From NCBI GenBank assembly GCA_038231455.1, contig JBBRLI010000023.1:1-46861 (forward strand): 46,861 nucleotides of DNA, given 5' to 3'. This stretch comes from Vulcanimicrobiales bacterium. GTDB taxonomy: Bacteria; Vulcanimicrobiota; Vulcanimicrobiia; Vulcanimicrobiales; Vulcanimicrobiaceae. The position numbers and the translations under genes are program-made. Below the pieces are notes generated by a model. That model had not been told where the DNA came from. It saw only the letters and a program-made list of their open reading frames with translations, and ran no database searches. Each line of letters begins with the position of its first letter. The stretch's first letter is position 1. Below, one piece after another: positions 1-7,685 of the stretch.

Positions 1-74
1 CGATCTCCAACCATCGTGGCTCGAACGGCTTCAGACTTGAACTCGGTACTGAATGACCGACGCTGTTTTTCCAA
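1..74 (-). CDS. IS3-family transposase OrfA, N-terminal part (partial)
   Basis: TTG at 74 gives MEKQRRSFSTEFKSEAVRATMVGD..., matching the RRxFSxEFKxEAV start of HTH_Tnp_1 proteins; not in the ORF track. Confidence 0.85.
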   Translation of the reverse strand, partial: MEKQRRSFSTEFKSEAVRATMVGD

Positions 75-140
75 GACATACCTCGTGAGTCGGCTCTTCG
101 CCAACCTCCGTGAAGTGTCCGGGAAACCGGGTCAGGCTCA
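1..140 (-). mobile_element. Left end of an IS3-family insertion sequence (runs off the window edge)
   Basis: Minus strand begins TGAGCCTGACCCGGTTTCCCGGACAC (115-140), a 5'-TG IS3-type terminal repeat, followed by GAGGT RBS and an OrfA-like reading frame. Other end not in window. Confidence 0.85.
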
Positions 141-240
141 GCCTGATCTTGAGCGAGATGTTCTCGAGTGCGCTGAGGGTCTTGGCCTGAGTCTGCGCTC
201 GACATATCTCGCCATGCACGTGTCTTAAAGAAAGATTCAT

Positions 241-894
241 ATGGCTAACGTCCTGATCGCGTATTATAGCTCAACAGGTAACACGTACGCACTCGCACGC
301 GCCATCGAAGAGGGCGCGCAATGTGGGGGCGCGACGACGAGATTGTGTAAGACTCGCGAGCTCGCTCCCGACGAGGCGATCGCAACAAATGAGGGATGGG
401 GCAAGCATATCATCGCGACGCAAGACGTGCCGATTGCGACGAACGATGACCTCGAATGGGCCGACGGCTACGCATTTGGGACGCCTACCCGTTACGGAAC
501 GATTTCCGCCCAACTCAAGCAGTTTGTCGACGGCACGGGAGCGCTTTGGTTCGCGGGGGCTCTGGCGAACAAGGCTGCCACGGGTTTTTCGGGAGCGGCG
601 ACGACACATGGCGGACATGAGGGCACGATCCAAGATTTGCACAAGGTTTTCTCGCACTGGGACTGCATTATCGTTCCCCCAGGGTATACGAACCCGATTC
701 AATTTGATCCGAGGAACGGCAATCCGTATGGCGTTTCTTTCACGGATGCGCGCGGTGGCGAAGTACCTGCGGCGATCCTTGAAGCGGCACGCTGGCAAGG
801 AGAACGACTCGCTCGCGTGGCGTCCCTGATCGCAGATCATCGCAGTACGATTGCTGCGCCTGCTACTCGGGCGAAGGATCATGTCACGCAGTAG
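241..894 (+). CDS. wrbA: NAD(P)H:quinone oxidoreductase, WrbA/flavodoxin-like
   Basis: YYSSTGNTY FMN loop, FGTPTRYG, HGGHEGT and GNPYG motifs. Confidence 0.92.
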   Translation: MANVLIAYYSSTGNTYALARAIEEGAQCGGATTRLCKTRELAPDEAIATNEGWGKHIIATQDVPIATNDDLEWADGYAFGTPTRYGTISAQLKQFVDGTGALWFAGALANKAATGFSGAATTHGGHEGTIQDLHKVFSHWDCIIVPPGYTNPIQFDPRNGNPYGVSFTDARGGEVPAAILEAARWQGERLARVASLIADHRSTIAAPATRAKDHVTQ

Positions 895-1356
895 GTCGTC
901 GAGTCTATGTCGTCATGGAGGCGACGAGCGGAGTTGACGATCGTCGCCTCGCGTTGATTAGAGTAAATGCCTCAAAAGAAACCGTGAATAGCCGAGGCGT
1001 CGCTTGCGCATTACTGGTTCCCATGCGACTCGGAATGCGGCTCGCAACTGGCAGAGAAACCGACGACGGCGCGAGCTTCGAGGCAGCGTACAATCGGTAC
1101 GCTCGAGCGCGCTGGCATAGAAATCGCGTACATTTCTGAGTGAGCCTAGAGTATGACCGCGGCGTCAGCGCGGATGCGATCCTAGCAATCGCTGGACGGT
1201 AACGAGAAATTCCGCTCGCTCCGCCAAACCTTTCACGCGATCGCTCCGAGAGAAGCCCTCGACTGTGCGGCTATTTGTACGCCTTGTACCTGGCGGCCAC
1301 TTAGGCGGCAACCTAGTATTGCATGACTGAGGACTTCGGCTCGGAGGCATTGAGAA

Positions 1357-1809
1357 ATGATCGTAAAACCGCGGTCCCATTGGACAAGTTATTCAAATCG
1401 CCCGGCGCTTTACGAGCGCGAACATCAGAGGCCGATATGCGATCGCGTGGTCGAGTATATCGAGGAAAACTTTGCACGGCAAATCAGCCTTCGGGATGTC
1501 GCGGAGGCGATGGGGTATTCGCCATGTCACCTCACGACGACGTTTCGCCAAAAAACGGGCGTTCCGGTCACGGCATGGATCATTCAACGACGGATTGCAG
1601 AGGCACAGAGACTTTTGGGTGAAGCGAACCTTGACGTCGCTGCGACCTGCGAACTCGTGGGCTTTCGCGACCTTTGTTATTTCACGCGCCAATTCGTTCG
1701 TCACGTGGGTGTAACTCCTGGGCGATATCGAGCTTCGAGTAAGGTGCATTCTCCGGGGATAACTGCGCGCATCACGAGCGAAGAGAGATTCTATCAGTCT
1801 GCGTCGTGA
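1357..1809 (+). CDS. AraC-family regulator, DNA-binding domain only
   Basis: YIEENF..ISLRDVAEAMGYSPCHLTTTFRQKTG..AQRLL..VGFRDLCYFTRQF..GVTPGRYR double HTH; GGAGG upstream; no N-terminal sensor domain. Confidence 0.88.
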   Translation: MIVKPRSHWTSYSNRPALYEREHQRPICDRVVEYIEENFARQISLRDVAEAMGYSPCHLTTTFRQKTGVPVTAWIIQRRIAEAQRLLGEANLDVAATCELVGFRDLCYFTRQFVRHVGVTPGRYRASSKVHSPGITARITSEERFYQSAS

Positions 1810-2018
1810 GGTCAGGTCCGCTACCGGCAATGACAGGTCGGCACGAGGAGAGACTAGGTGTGAGCAAGTTTGAAACATGGGCCTCCGCATGTTGTAGTGC
1901 TCCCCACCGGTGATCTTGCTCCCGTGCAAGCTGCTGCTCTTCGTACTCGTCGACGGCTGGGCGATCGTTTGTGGTGGCGTGGTAACGAGTTTTCGCTAGC
2001 AACGTCGAATGAGGTGCT

Positions 2019-2906
2019 ATGCGAATCAGCGAGGTCTTGCGCTCCGGCCGCCCGTGCTTCTCGTTCGAGTTTTTTCCGCCCAAGTCGGACGATGGCGCGC
2101 GGACGCTTTTTAGCACGATCGAGGCCCTGCGCCTGCTCGACCCGGCGTTCGTCTCGCTGACCTATGGCGCCGGCGGATCGACCCGCACGCGCACTGTCGA
2201 TCTTGCCAAGCGCATTCAGTCGGAGATCGGCTTGACTGTGATGTCGCATATTACGTGCGCCGGGTCCTCACGCGATGAATTGCGAGCGATTTTTCGCGAC
2301 CTGCGCGATGCCGGCGTCGAAAACGTCCTCGCGCTGCGCGGCGATGCGCCGAAAGACGGGTCCGTACCAACGGGCGAACTGCATTATGCGACCGACCTTG
2401 TCGGGCTGTTGCGCGAAGAGTTCGCGTTTTCAATCGGCGGCGCGTGCTACCCCGAGATGCATCCCGAGGCCCTGAATGCGGCGACGGACCTCGCGCATTT
2501 GGCGGAAAAGGTCGCTTGCGGTGCGGAGTTTCTCGTCTCGCAGTTGTTTTTCGATAACGACCGGTATTTTGCGTTCGTCGAGCGCGCGCGAGCAGCCGGT
2601 ATTACCGTGCCGATCGTGCCCGGGATCATGCCCATCACCGATTACCGTCAGATCGCGCGTTTCACCGCGATGTGCGGGGCGACGATTCCCGCAAAACTGC
2701 GAGCGGCGTTGGAAGACCGCATCGATGAACCCGAAGCCGTCGCGGAACTCGGCGTCGCCTACGCCACGTTGCAATGCGTCGATCTGCTCGAGCGCGGCGC
2801 ACCGGGGATTCACTTTTACACGCTGAATAAATCACCAGCGACGCGCGCCGTGGTCTCGGCGATTGCTGCGGCCGGGCGTTGGGGTCGCACCCGAACAACG
2901 TCGTAG
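2019..2906 (+). CDS. metF: 5,10-methylenetetrahydrofolate reductase
   Basis: SFEFFPPK, TYGAGGS, LALRGD, YPEMHPE, QLFFD, GIHFYTLN motifs; GAGG RBS. Confidence 0.96.
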   Translation: MRISEVLRSGRPCFSFEFFPPKSDDGARTLFSTIEALRLLDPAFVSLTYGAGGSTRTRTVDLAKRIQSEIGLTVMSHITCAGSSRDELRAIFRDLRDAGVENVLALRGDAPKDGSVPTGELHYATDLVGLLREEFAFSIGGACYPEMHPEALNAATDLAHLAEKVACGAEFLVSQLFFDNDRYFAFVERARAAGITVPIVPGIMPITDYRQIARFTAMCGATIPAKLRAALEDRIDEPEAVAELGVAYATLQCVDLLERGAPGIHFYTLNKSPATRAVVSAIAAAGRWGRTRTTS

Positions 2907-2915
2907 GGAGTTTTC

Positions 2916-3188
2916 GTGCATCAGCTCAGCGTGGGCGGCATTTGGCGGATCTGGGATTTTGCGGATCTGCACGCGGAGCTCGGCGAGCCGATGTTTCGCG
3001 GTCCGATGAACGAAGGGCAGACCGCACCTACGAGCGTGACGGTCGTGCGCTGGAATTGCAGCACGCCCGATGGCGTGAAGCTCTGCAACGCTTTTACCGC
3101 AAACGTCATCGGTGGCGAAGCCGATCGTTGGGTGCTCATGATGCCGTGCGATCGTCATTCGCACTTCGCGCAGGCCGACCCGACCTAA
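2916..3188 (+). CDS. Small hypothetical protein with His/Cys residues
   Basis: Fills gap between metF and cupredoxin; AGGGAG before GTG start; LHAELGEP..WNC..C..CDRH. Confidence 0.6.
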   Translation: MHQLSVGGIWRIWDFADLHAELGEPMFRGPMNEGQTAPTSVTVVRWNCSTPDGVKLCNAFTANVIGGEADRWVLMMPCDRHSHFAQADPT

Positions 3189-3206
3189 ACGTTTTCTCGA
3201 TCCGGT

Positions 3207-3232
3207 CATCCAACCGGGTGCCCTCGCGCGTA
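3207..3232 (+). promoter_or_regulatory. Putative SigK-like ECF promoter
   Basis: CATCC (3207-3211)-N17-CGTA (3229-3232) directly upstream of the operon that encodes the ECF sigma. Confidence 0.5.
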
Positions 3233-3240
3233 CCGGGGGT

Positions 3241-3570
3241 ATGAAGCGACTTTTTGTTGCGGTCGCCATCCTGATCGGATGCCTCGCCGCCTCGCCGACT
3301 CCCACGCCGGATGCGATCGTTCGCATCCATGGGTTTGCGTTCGTGCCGAAGCGGATCGTGATCCATCCGGGAGCCCGTGTACGGTTCATCAACGATGACG
3401 GCGACGCGCACACCGCAACGGCCAAAGACAAATCGTTCGATTCGGGCGGTCTCGACACGGGCGAGTCGTGGGATCACGCGTTTTCCAAGCCCGGGACAAT
3501 CCCGTATCTCTGCGCATTGCATCCACAGATGACCGGCACGATTGTCGTGACGGCGGAGGAGAAGAAGTGA
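3241..3570 (+). CDS. Secreted cupredoxin (plastocyanin/amicyanin-like)
   Basis: Signal peptide; AHT plus YLCALHPQM type-1 copper ligands. Confidence 0.9.
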   Translation: MKRLFVAVAILIGCLAASPTPTPDAIVRIHGFAFVPKRIVIHPGARVRFINDDGDAHTATAKDKSFDSGGLDTGESWDHAFSKPGTIPYLCALHPQMTGTIVVTAEEKK

Positions 3571-4445
3571 AACGTCGTTCGTTCCTCGATCACGTCGCCT
3601 GGACTGGGACGGGTCTTATATGGACGCTTGGCGCCGGCGGGACGCTCGTTGCGACTGCCGAGGCTTCGCCCGGCCTTTCGTTCGTACAGATCAGCGATAG
3701 CCACATTGGCTTCAAGAAAGACGCGAACCCCGATGTCACCGGCACGCTTACGCGAACGGTCGAGGCGATCAACGCGCTTGCGAAGCAGCCGGATTTCGTG
3801 ATTCACACCGGCGACATCACGCATCTTTCAAAACCGGCGGAATTCGATACGGCAAAGCAAATCCTCGGCACGCTGCGCGCGCCGCTGATGACGATTCCCG
3901 GCGAACACGACGTCATTGGCGAGGGCGCGGCGACCTACGCGAGCATGTTCGGCCATCGCGATGCGACCGAGGGTTGGTACAGTTTCGATCGCGGCGGCGC
4001 GCACTTCGTCGCGCTTGTGAACGTGTTCAATTTCGAGACGGTTGGCAAGCTCGGCGCAAAGCAGATCGCGTGGCTCGAAAAAGATCTTGCAAGTGTGAAA
4101 TCTTCGACGCCGCTCGTGGTATTTGGACACGTGCCGCTCTACGCGCTCTACCCGGCGTGGGGTTGGACGACGGAAGATGGCGCGCAGGCGCTCGCCATGG
4201 TCGCGCGTTTTTCGAACGTGACGGTGCTCAACGGCCACATCCATCAGGTCTTCACGCACAGCGAAGGCAACATTCGCTTCGCAACCGCCGCTGCTACCGC
4301 ATACCCGCAAGCATCCCCCGGGGCTCCGGGCGCCGCGCCCGGTCCCAAACTGGTTCCGCCCGACCAATTGCTTCACGTCTTAGGGTATCGAACGGTGAGC
4401 GTAGCGGGAAACGGAACGACATACGACGATCATCCGCTTGGGTGA
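3567..4445 (+). CDS. Tat-exported metallophosphoesterase (calcineurin-like, CpdA/Icc type)
   Basis: GTG start overlaps upstream stop (GTGA); KRRSFL twin-arginine motif; DSH, GDI, GEHD, GH, GHIH metal motifs. Confidence 0.9.
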   Translation: MKRRSFLDHVAWTGTGLIWTLGAGGTLVATAEASPGLSFVQISDSHIGFKKDANPDVTGTLTRTVEAINALAKQPDFVIHTGDITHLSKPAEFDTAKQILGTLRAPLMTIPGEHDVIGEGAATYASMFGHRDATEGWYSFDRGGAHFVALVNVFNFETVGKLGAKQIAWLEKDLASVKSSTPLVVFGHVPLYALYPAWGWTTEDGAQALAMVARFSNVTVLNGHIHQVFTHSEGNIRFATAAATAYPQASPGAPGAAPGPKLVPPDQLLHVLGYRTVSVAGNGTTYDDHPLG

Positions 4446-4448
4446 GCG

Positions 4449-5009
4449 GTGCTCGCCGGGAGGGGCGCGATCGAAGCCGAGGATGACCGACTCGCCGACG
4501 CGTTTGCCGCATACGAGCCGGCCGCATTTGACCGCGTCTATACTCGTTACGCGGGACTGCTCGAAGTCGTCGCCGCGCGTGTCCTCGGCACGACCGCCGA
4601 CGCACGCGACTGCGTCCATGATGCGCTCGCGCGCGTGTGGGAGCGGCGTCTCTATCGGCGCGAGCGGGGACCGCTGCGCGCGTTCCTTGTGGTCTGCGTG
4701 CGGAACGACGCGCTGACGCACGTGCGCGCCGATGCTCGTCATCGCACGATCGAAGCGCACGCGCTTCCCGACGCCGTTCCACAGGACGATCGCCCCGACC
4801 CGATCGATGTCGCGCGTCTGCGCCGTGCGATCGAATTGCTGCCGAGTGGACAGCGCGATGCGCTCTCGCTTGCCTATTATGCATCTCTGTCGCAAACCGA
4901 GATTGCGGAGCGGCTCCGCGTGCCGCTTGGGACGGTGAAAAGCCGCCTCGCCGCCGCCGTACGCGCGCTCGCCGATGCTCTTGTCTCACCGAGTGAGAAG
5001 AACACCTGA
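4449..5009 (+). CDS. ECF RNA polymerase sigma factor (SigK-like)
   Basis: AFDRVYTRY..DARDCVHD region 2; LAYY..SQTEIAERLRVPLGTVKSR region 4. Confidence 0.9.
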   Translation: MLAGRGAIEAEDDRLADAFAAYEPAAFDRVYTRYAGLLEVVAARVLGTTADARDCVHDALARVWERRLYRRERGPLRAFLVVCVRNDALTHVRADARHRTIEAHALPDAVPQDDRPDPIDVARLRRAIELLPSGQRDALSLAYYASLSQTEIAERLRVPLGTVKSRLAAAVRALADALVSPSEKNT

Positions 5010-5599
5010 TGCACCTTGAAGATGAGGCCGAACTCTATGCGCTGGGCATGCTCGATTCCGACGAGCGCGCGCGGGTCGAGGACCATCTGGCGAGCTGCGA
5101 TGCTTGCGCGCGGCGTGTTGCGCGCGCCGAGACGGTGATCGCGAGCCTTGCCACGCTCCCTCCAATTCCGACTGCCGTTGCGAAGAGCCGGCGTTCCAAC
5201 GGTATCTACGGCGCGGCAATCGCCATTGCCGCGGCGCTCTTCGCGGGGTTTGCATTCGGTCGCACGAGTGCTCCCCAGTTGTACGACGATCCGGTTCGCG
5301 CGACGTTGGTTCGCTCGCACTTTCGGCACGTCGCACTCCGTGCGATAACCAAGCCCGGCCTCGATGCAAAGGTGCTCTACGGGAACGATGGCGCATGGGT
5401 CTGGGTTGTGATCGCACAGTCCGATTGCCGCTGTACGGTTATCGGCTTCCACGGTTCTGCGGCGGTCGCGCTCGGCGAACCGAATCCGCAGGGCACGACG
5501 TCAGAGTTGTACGTTCCGAACGCCCAGCGCTTCACGCGGATCGTCCTCGCCGCACGAGGCGATAACACGACCCTTGCCGAGGCTGACCTCGCGTATTAA
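5009..5599 (+). CDS. Anti-sigma factor (zinc-binding HxxxCxxC, single TM; RskA-like)
   Basis: YALGMLD..EDHLASCDAC, TM helix, translationally coupled to the sigma gene. Confidence 0.87.
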   Translation: MHLEDEAELYALGMLDSDERARVEDHLASCDACARRVARAETVIASLATLPPIPTAVAKSRRSNGIYGAAIAIAAALFAGFAFGRTSAPQLYDDPVRATLVRSHFRHVALRAITKPGLDAKVLYGNDGAWVWVVIAQSDCRCTVIGFHGSAAVALGEPNPQGTTSELYVPNAQRFTRIVLAARGDNTTLAEADLAY

Positions 5600-5673
5600 A
5601 CCGCTGCTCCGGGCGGCGCGCGCAACCTAGTTCATCCCGCGTTCGCCTCGCGGCAACAAACGGCGCGTACGCT

Positions 5674-5949
5674 TTGGATGTGGCCGAATTCGACGCGTTG
5701 CTGCGCGAGGCGCTGCTCGTAACCGCGATTCTCACCCTGCCGATTCTCGTGCTTGCAACGGCCGTAGGGACGGTCGTTGCCGTGGTGCAGGCGGCAACGC
5801 AGGTGCAAGAACAAACACTCACCCTGCTCCCGAAGATCGTCGCCGTTGGGATCGCCCTTGCACTCTTTGGGAACTATGGGCTGCATCTGTGCGCAGCGCT
5901 ACTTACCGATGTGCTCACGCGAATTCCCGAATTGGTCCACGGCGCATGA
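5674..5949 (+). CDS. fliQ: Type III export gate protein FliQ/SctS
   Basis: QAATQVQEQTLTLLPKIVA signature, ~90 aa hydrophobic. Confidence 0.9.
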   Translation: MDVAEFDALLREALLVTAILTLPILVLATAVGTVVAVVQAATQVQEQTLTLLPKIVAVGIALALFGNYGLHLCAALLTDVLTRIPELVHGA

Positions 5950-6662
5950 GTCAAACAACGCTGCTCGTGCTCGCGCGTTGCGCCGGATTCTTCTTTCGCG
6001 CGCCGGGTTTCTCGCATCCGAGCGTCCCGCCGATGCTGCGTGCGGCGCTTGCGTTGGTCTTTTCGCTGGTGTTGGCCTCGAGTCTGCGTCCACTGCCCAC
6101 ACTGGAGCTTGCACGCTTCTCACTTGCGCTCGTCTCTGAGGTTGCGATCGGTGCGGCGATCGGTTTTGGTGCCTCACTGCTCTACGACGGTGCGTATGCG
6201 GCGGGTCGACTACTGGATGATTATGTCGGAATCCGCGGTAGCGTTCCGACCGCAAATATTACGGCAGCATCAGGATTCGGTCGGCTCTGGTCCTCGGTTT
6301 TTCTCGCGGGATTCTTTCTTCTCGATGGTTGGGCGATCGTCGTGCAAGCATTCGCGCAAAGTCTTATCAGCGTGCCCCCCGGAACGTTGATCGCCGCGCA
6401 AGCGTGGTCGACGTACGCTTTCTCGTTACCGGCTGCAATCGTACGCGCGGCATTGATGATGGCGGCGCCCGCGGTCGTCGTCGCGGCGATCGTGCAGTTG
6501 ACGCTCGGCGCGATCGCTCGCGTGGTTCCGCGCTTCTCGAGTTTCACGCTCGCCTTCCCGATCGTGTTCGCGGCAACGATCCTTGTGACAATCGCGAGCG
6601 TCCCGCTACTCGCACCGCTTGCGGCGCGTCCCTGGATGCTCGCGCCGCTTGGAGTGAAGTAG
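5946..6662 (+). CDS. fliR: Type III export gate protein FliR/SctT
   Basis: ATGA overlap with fliQ; LARCAGFFFRAPGFS, EVAIGAAIG..AGRLLD, ARVVPRF; polytopic. Confidence 0.87.
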   Translation: MSQTTLLVLARCAGFFFRAPGFSHPSVPPMLRAALALVFSLVLASSLRPLPTLELARFSLALVSEVAIGAAIGFGASLLYDGAYAAGRLLDDYVGIRGSVPTANITAASGFGRLWSSVFLAGFFLLDGWAIVVQAFAQSLISVPPGTLIAAQAWSTYAFSLPAAIVRAALMMAAPAVVVAAIVQLTLGAIARVVPRFSSFTLAFPIVFAATILVTIASVPLLAPLAARPWMLAPLGVK

Positions 6663-7685
6663 TTGGCAAGCGATGGCGGGCACAAGCAGTACGATGCGAC
6701 GCAAACCAAGCGCGATCGGGCGAAACGCGAGGGCAATAGCGCGCGTTCTCAAGAGCTCGCGGGCGTTGCTGCGTTTGCCGCTGCCGCGCTAGCGCTTTTT
6801 GCGATGCTGGCCAGTATCGGGCCGGCGATTGCGAGCGGATTTGCTTTGCAACTCCACGCGCCGACCCGGACGTTACCGATCGCGTGGCTGGCGGCCGTTC
6901 TCGCGCTCGCTCTTGCGCCGCCGCTTGCGGCTGCCGGCGCGGCAACGATCGCAACGTTCGCGCAGGTCGGCGGGATGCAGCTGAGGCCGCTAAAAATCGC
7001 GGCCGACAAAATGAACCCCGTTGCCGGGTTACAACGCATGGTTGGCCCGCAAGCTGCGGTCACGGCGCTGCGGGCCATCGTTGCATTCGGCGTTGCGGTC
7101 CTTGCAGTTGCCCCGATCGTACGCGAGACGTTCACGCGCGCCGGTTCGCTTGTTTCGGTTCCGGCATTCGCCGTGCTCGCCCGGGCGAGTGCCGAATGGG
7201 CGCTTGCGGCGGTGGTCCTCGTCGGGCTGGTCTTCGCGGGCGTCGACTACGCGCTCGTGCGCAAGAAGTGGCTCAAGGATTTGAAGATGACCCATGACGA
7301 GCTCAAACGCGATACCAAAGAGAACGATGGCGATCCGCATACGCGCGCGCGGCGCAAAACGCTTCATCGCCAATTCGTCCGCGGTTCCGTCTCCCGCGTG
7401 CGCGAGGCGGCCTTTGTCATCACCAATCCGACCCATCTCGCGATCGCTCTCAAGTACGACCCGCCGCGCGTGAGCGTTCCGGAGATCGTCGTACGCGCCG
7501 CCGACGACGCAGCGGCCCACGTCCGCGCGATTGCGCGCGAGCGTGGCATCCCGATCGTCGAGAACGTTCCGCTCGCCCGCGCGCTGTATGCAACCGGCGA
7601 AGCCGGACGACCGATTGCAAACGAACATTTTGTCGCCGTCGCACAGATCATCGCCGAGCTCGCGCGTGCGGGTGTCCTCTCGTGA
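6663..7685 (+). CDS. flhB: Type III export switch protein FlhB/SctU
   Basis: KMNPVAG, LKMTHDELKRD..ENDGDP, NPTH autocleavage motif, IPIVENVPLARALY. Confidence 0.92.
   Translation: MASDGGHKQYDATQTKRDRAKREGNSARSQELAGVAAFAAAALALFAMLASIGPAIASGFALQLHAPTRTLPIAWLAAVLALALAPPLAAAGAATIATFAQVGGMQLRPLKIAADKMNPVAGLQRMVGPQAAVTALRAIVAFGVAVLAVAPIVRETFTRAGSLVSVPAFAVLARASAEWALAAVVLVGLVFAGVDYALVRKKWLKDLKMTHDELKRDTKENDGDPHTRARRKTLHRQFVRGSVSRVREAAFVITNPTHLAIALKYDPPRVSVPEIVVRAADDAAAHVRAIARERGIPIVENVPLARALYATGEAGRPIANEHFVAVAQIIAELARAGVLS

Noticed and set aside
16-240. 70-aa and 69-aa ORFs from the track
   Set aside because: Both cross the IS3 end; the OrfA frame explains the region better.
1810-2018. Possible SAM/SAH riboswitch upstream of metF
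   Set aside because: Could not find SAM-I, SAM-II or SAH core motifs by eye; a covariance search would be needed to exclude fully.
5600-5673. Sigma28 or ECF promoter before fliQ
   Set aside because: No GCCGATAA box after TAAA; CATCC and CGTA are 28 nt apart, which is the wrong spacing.
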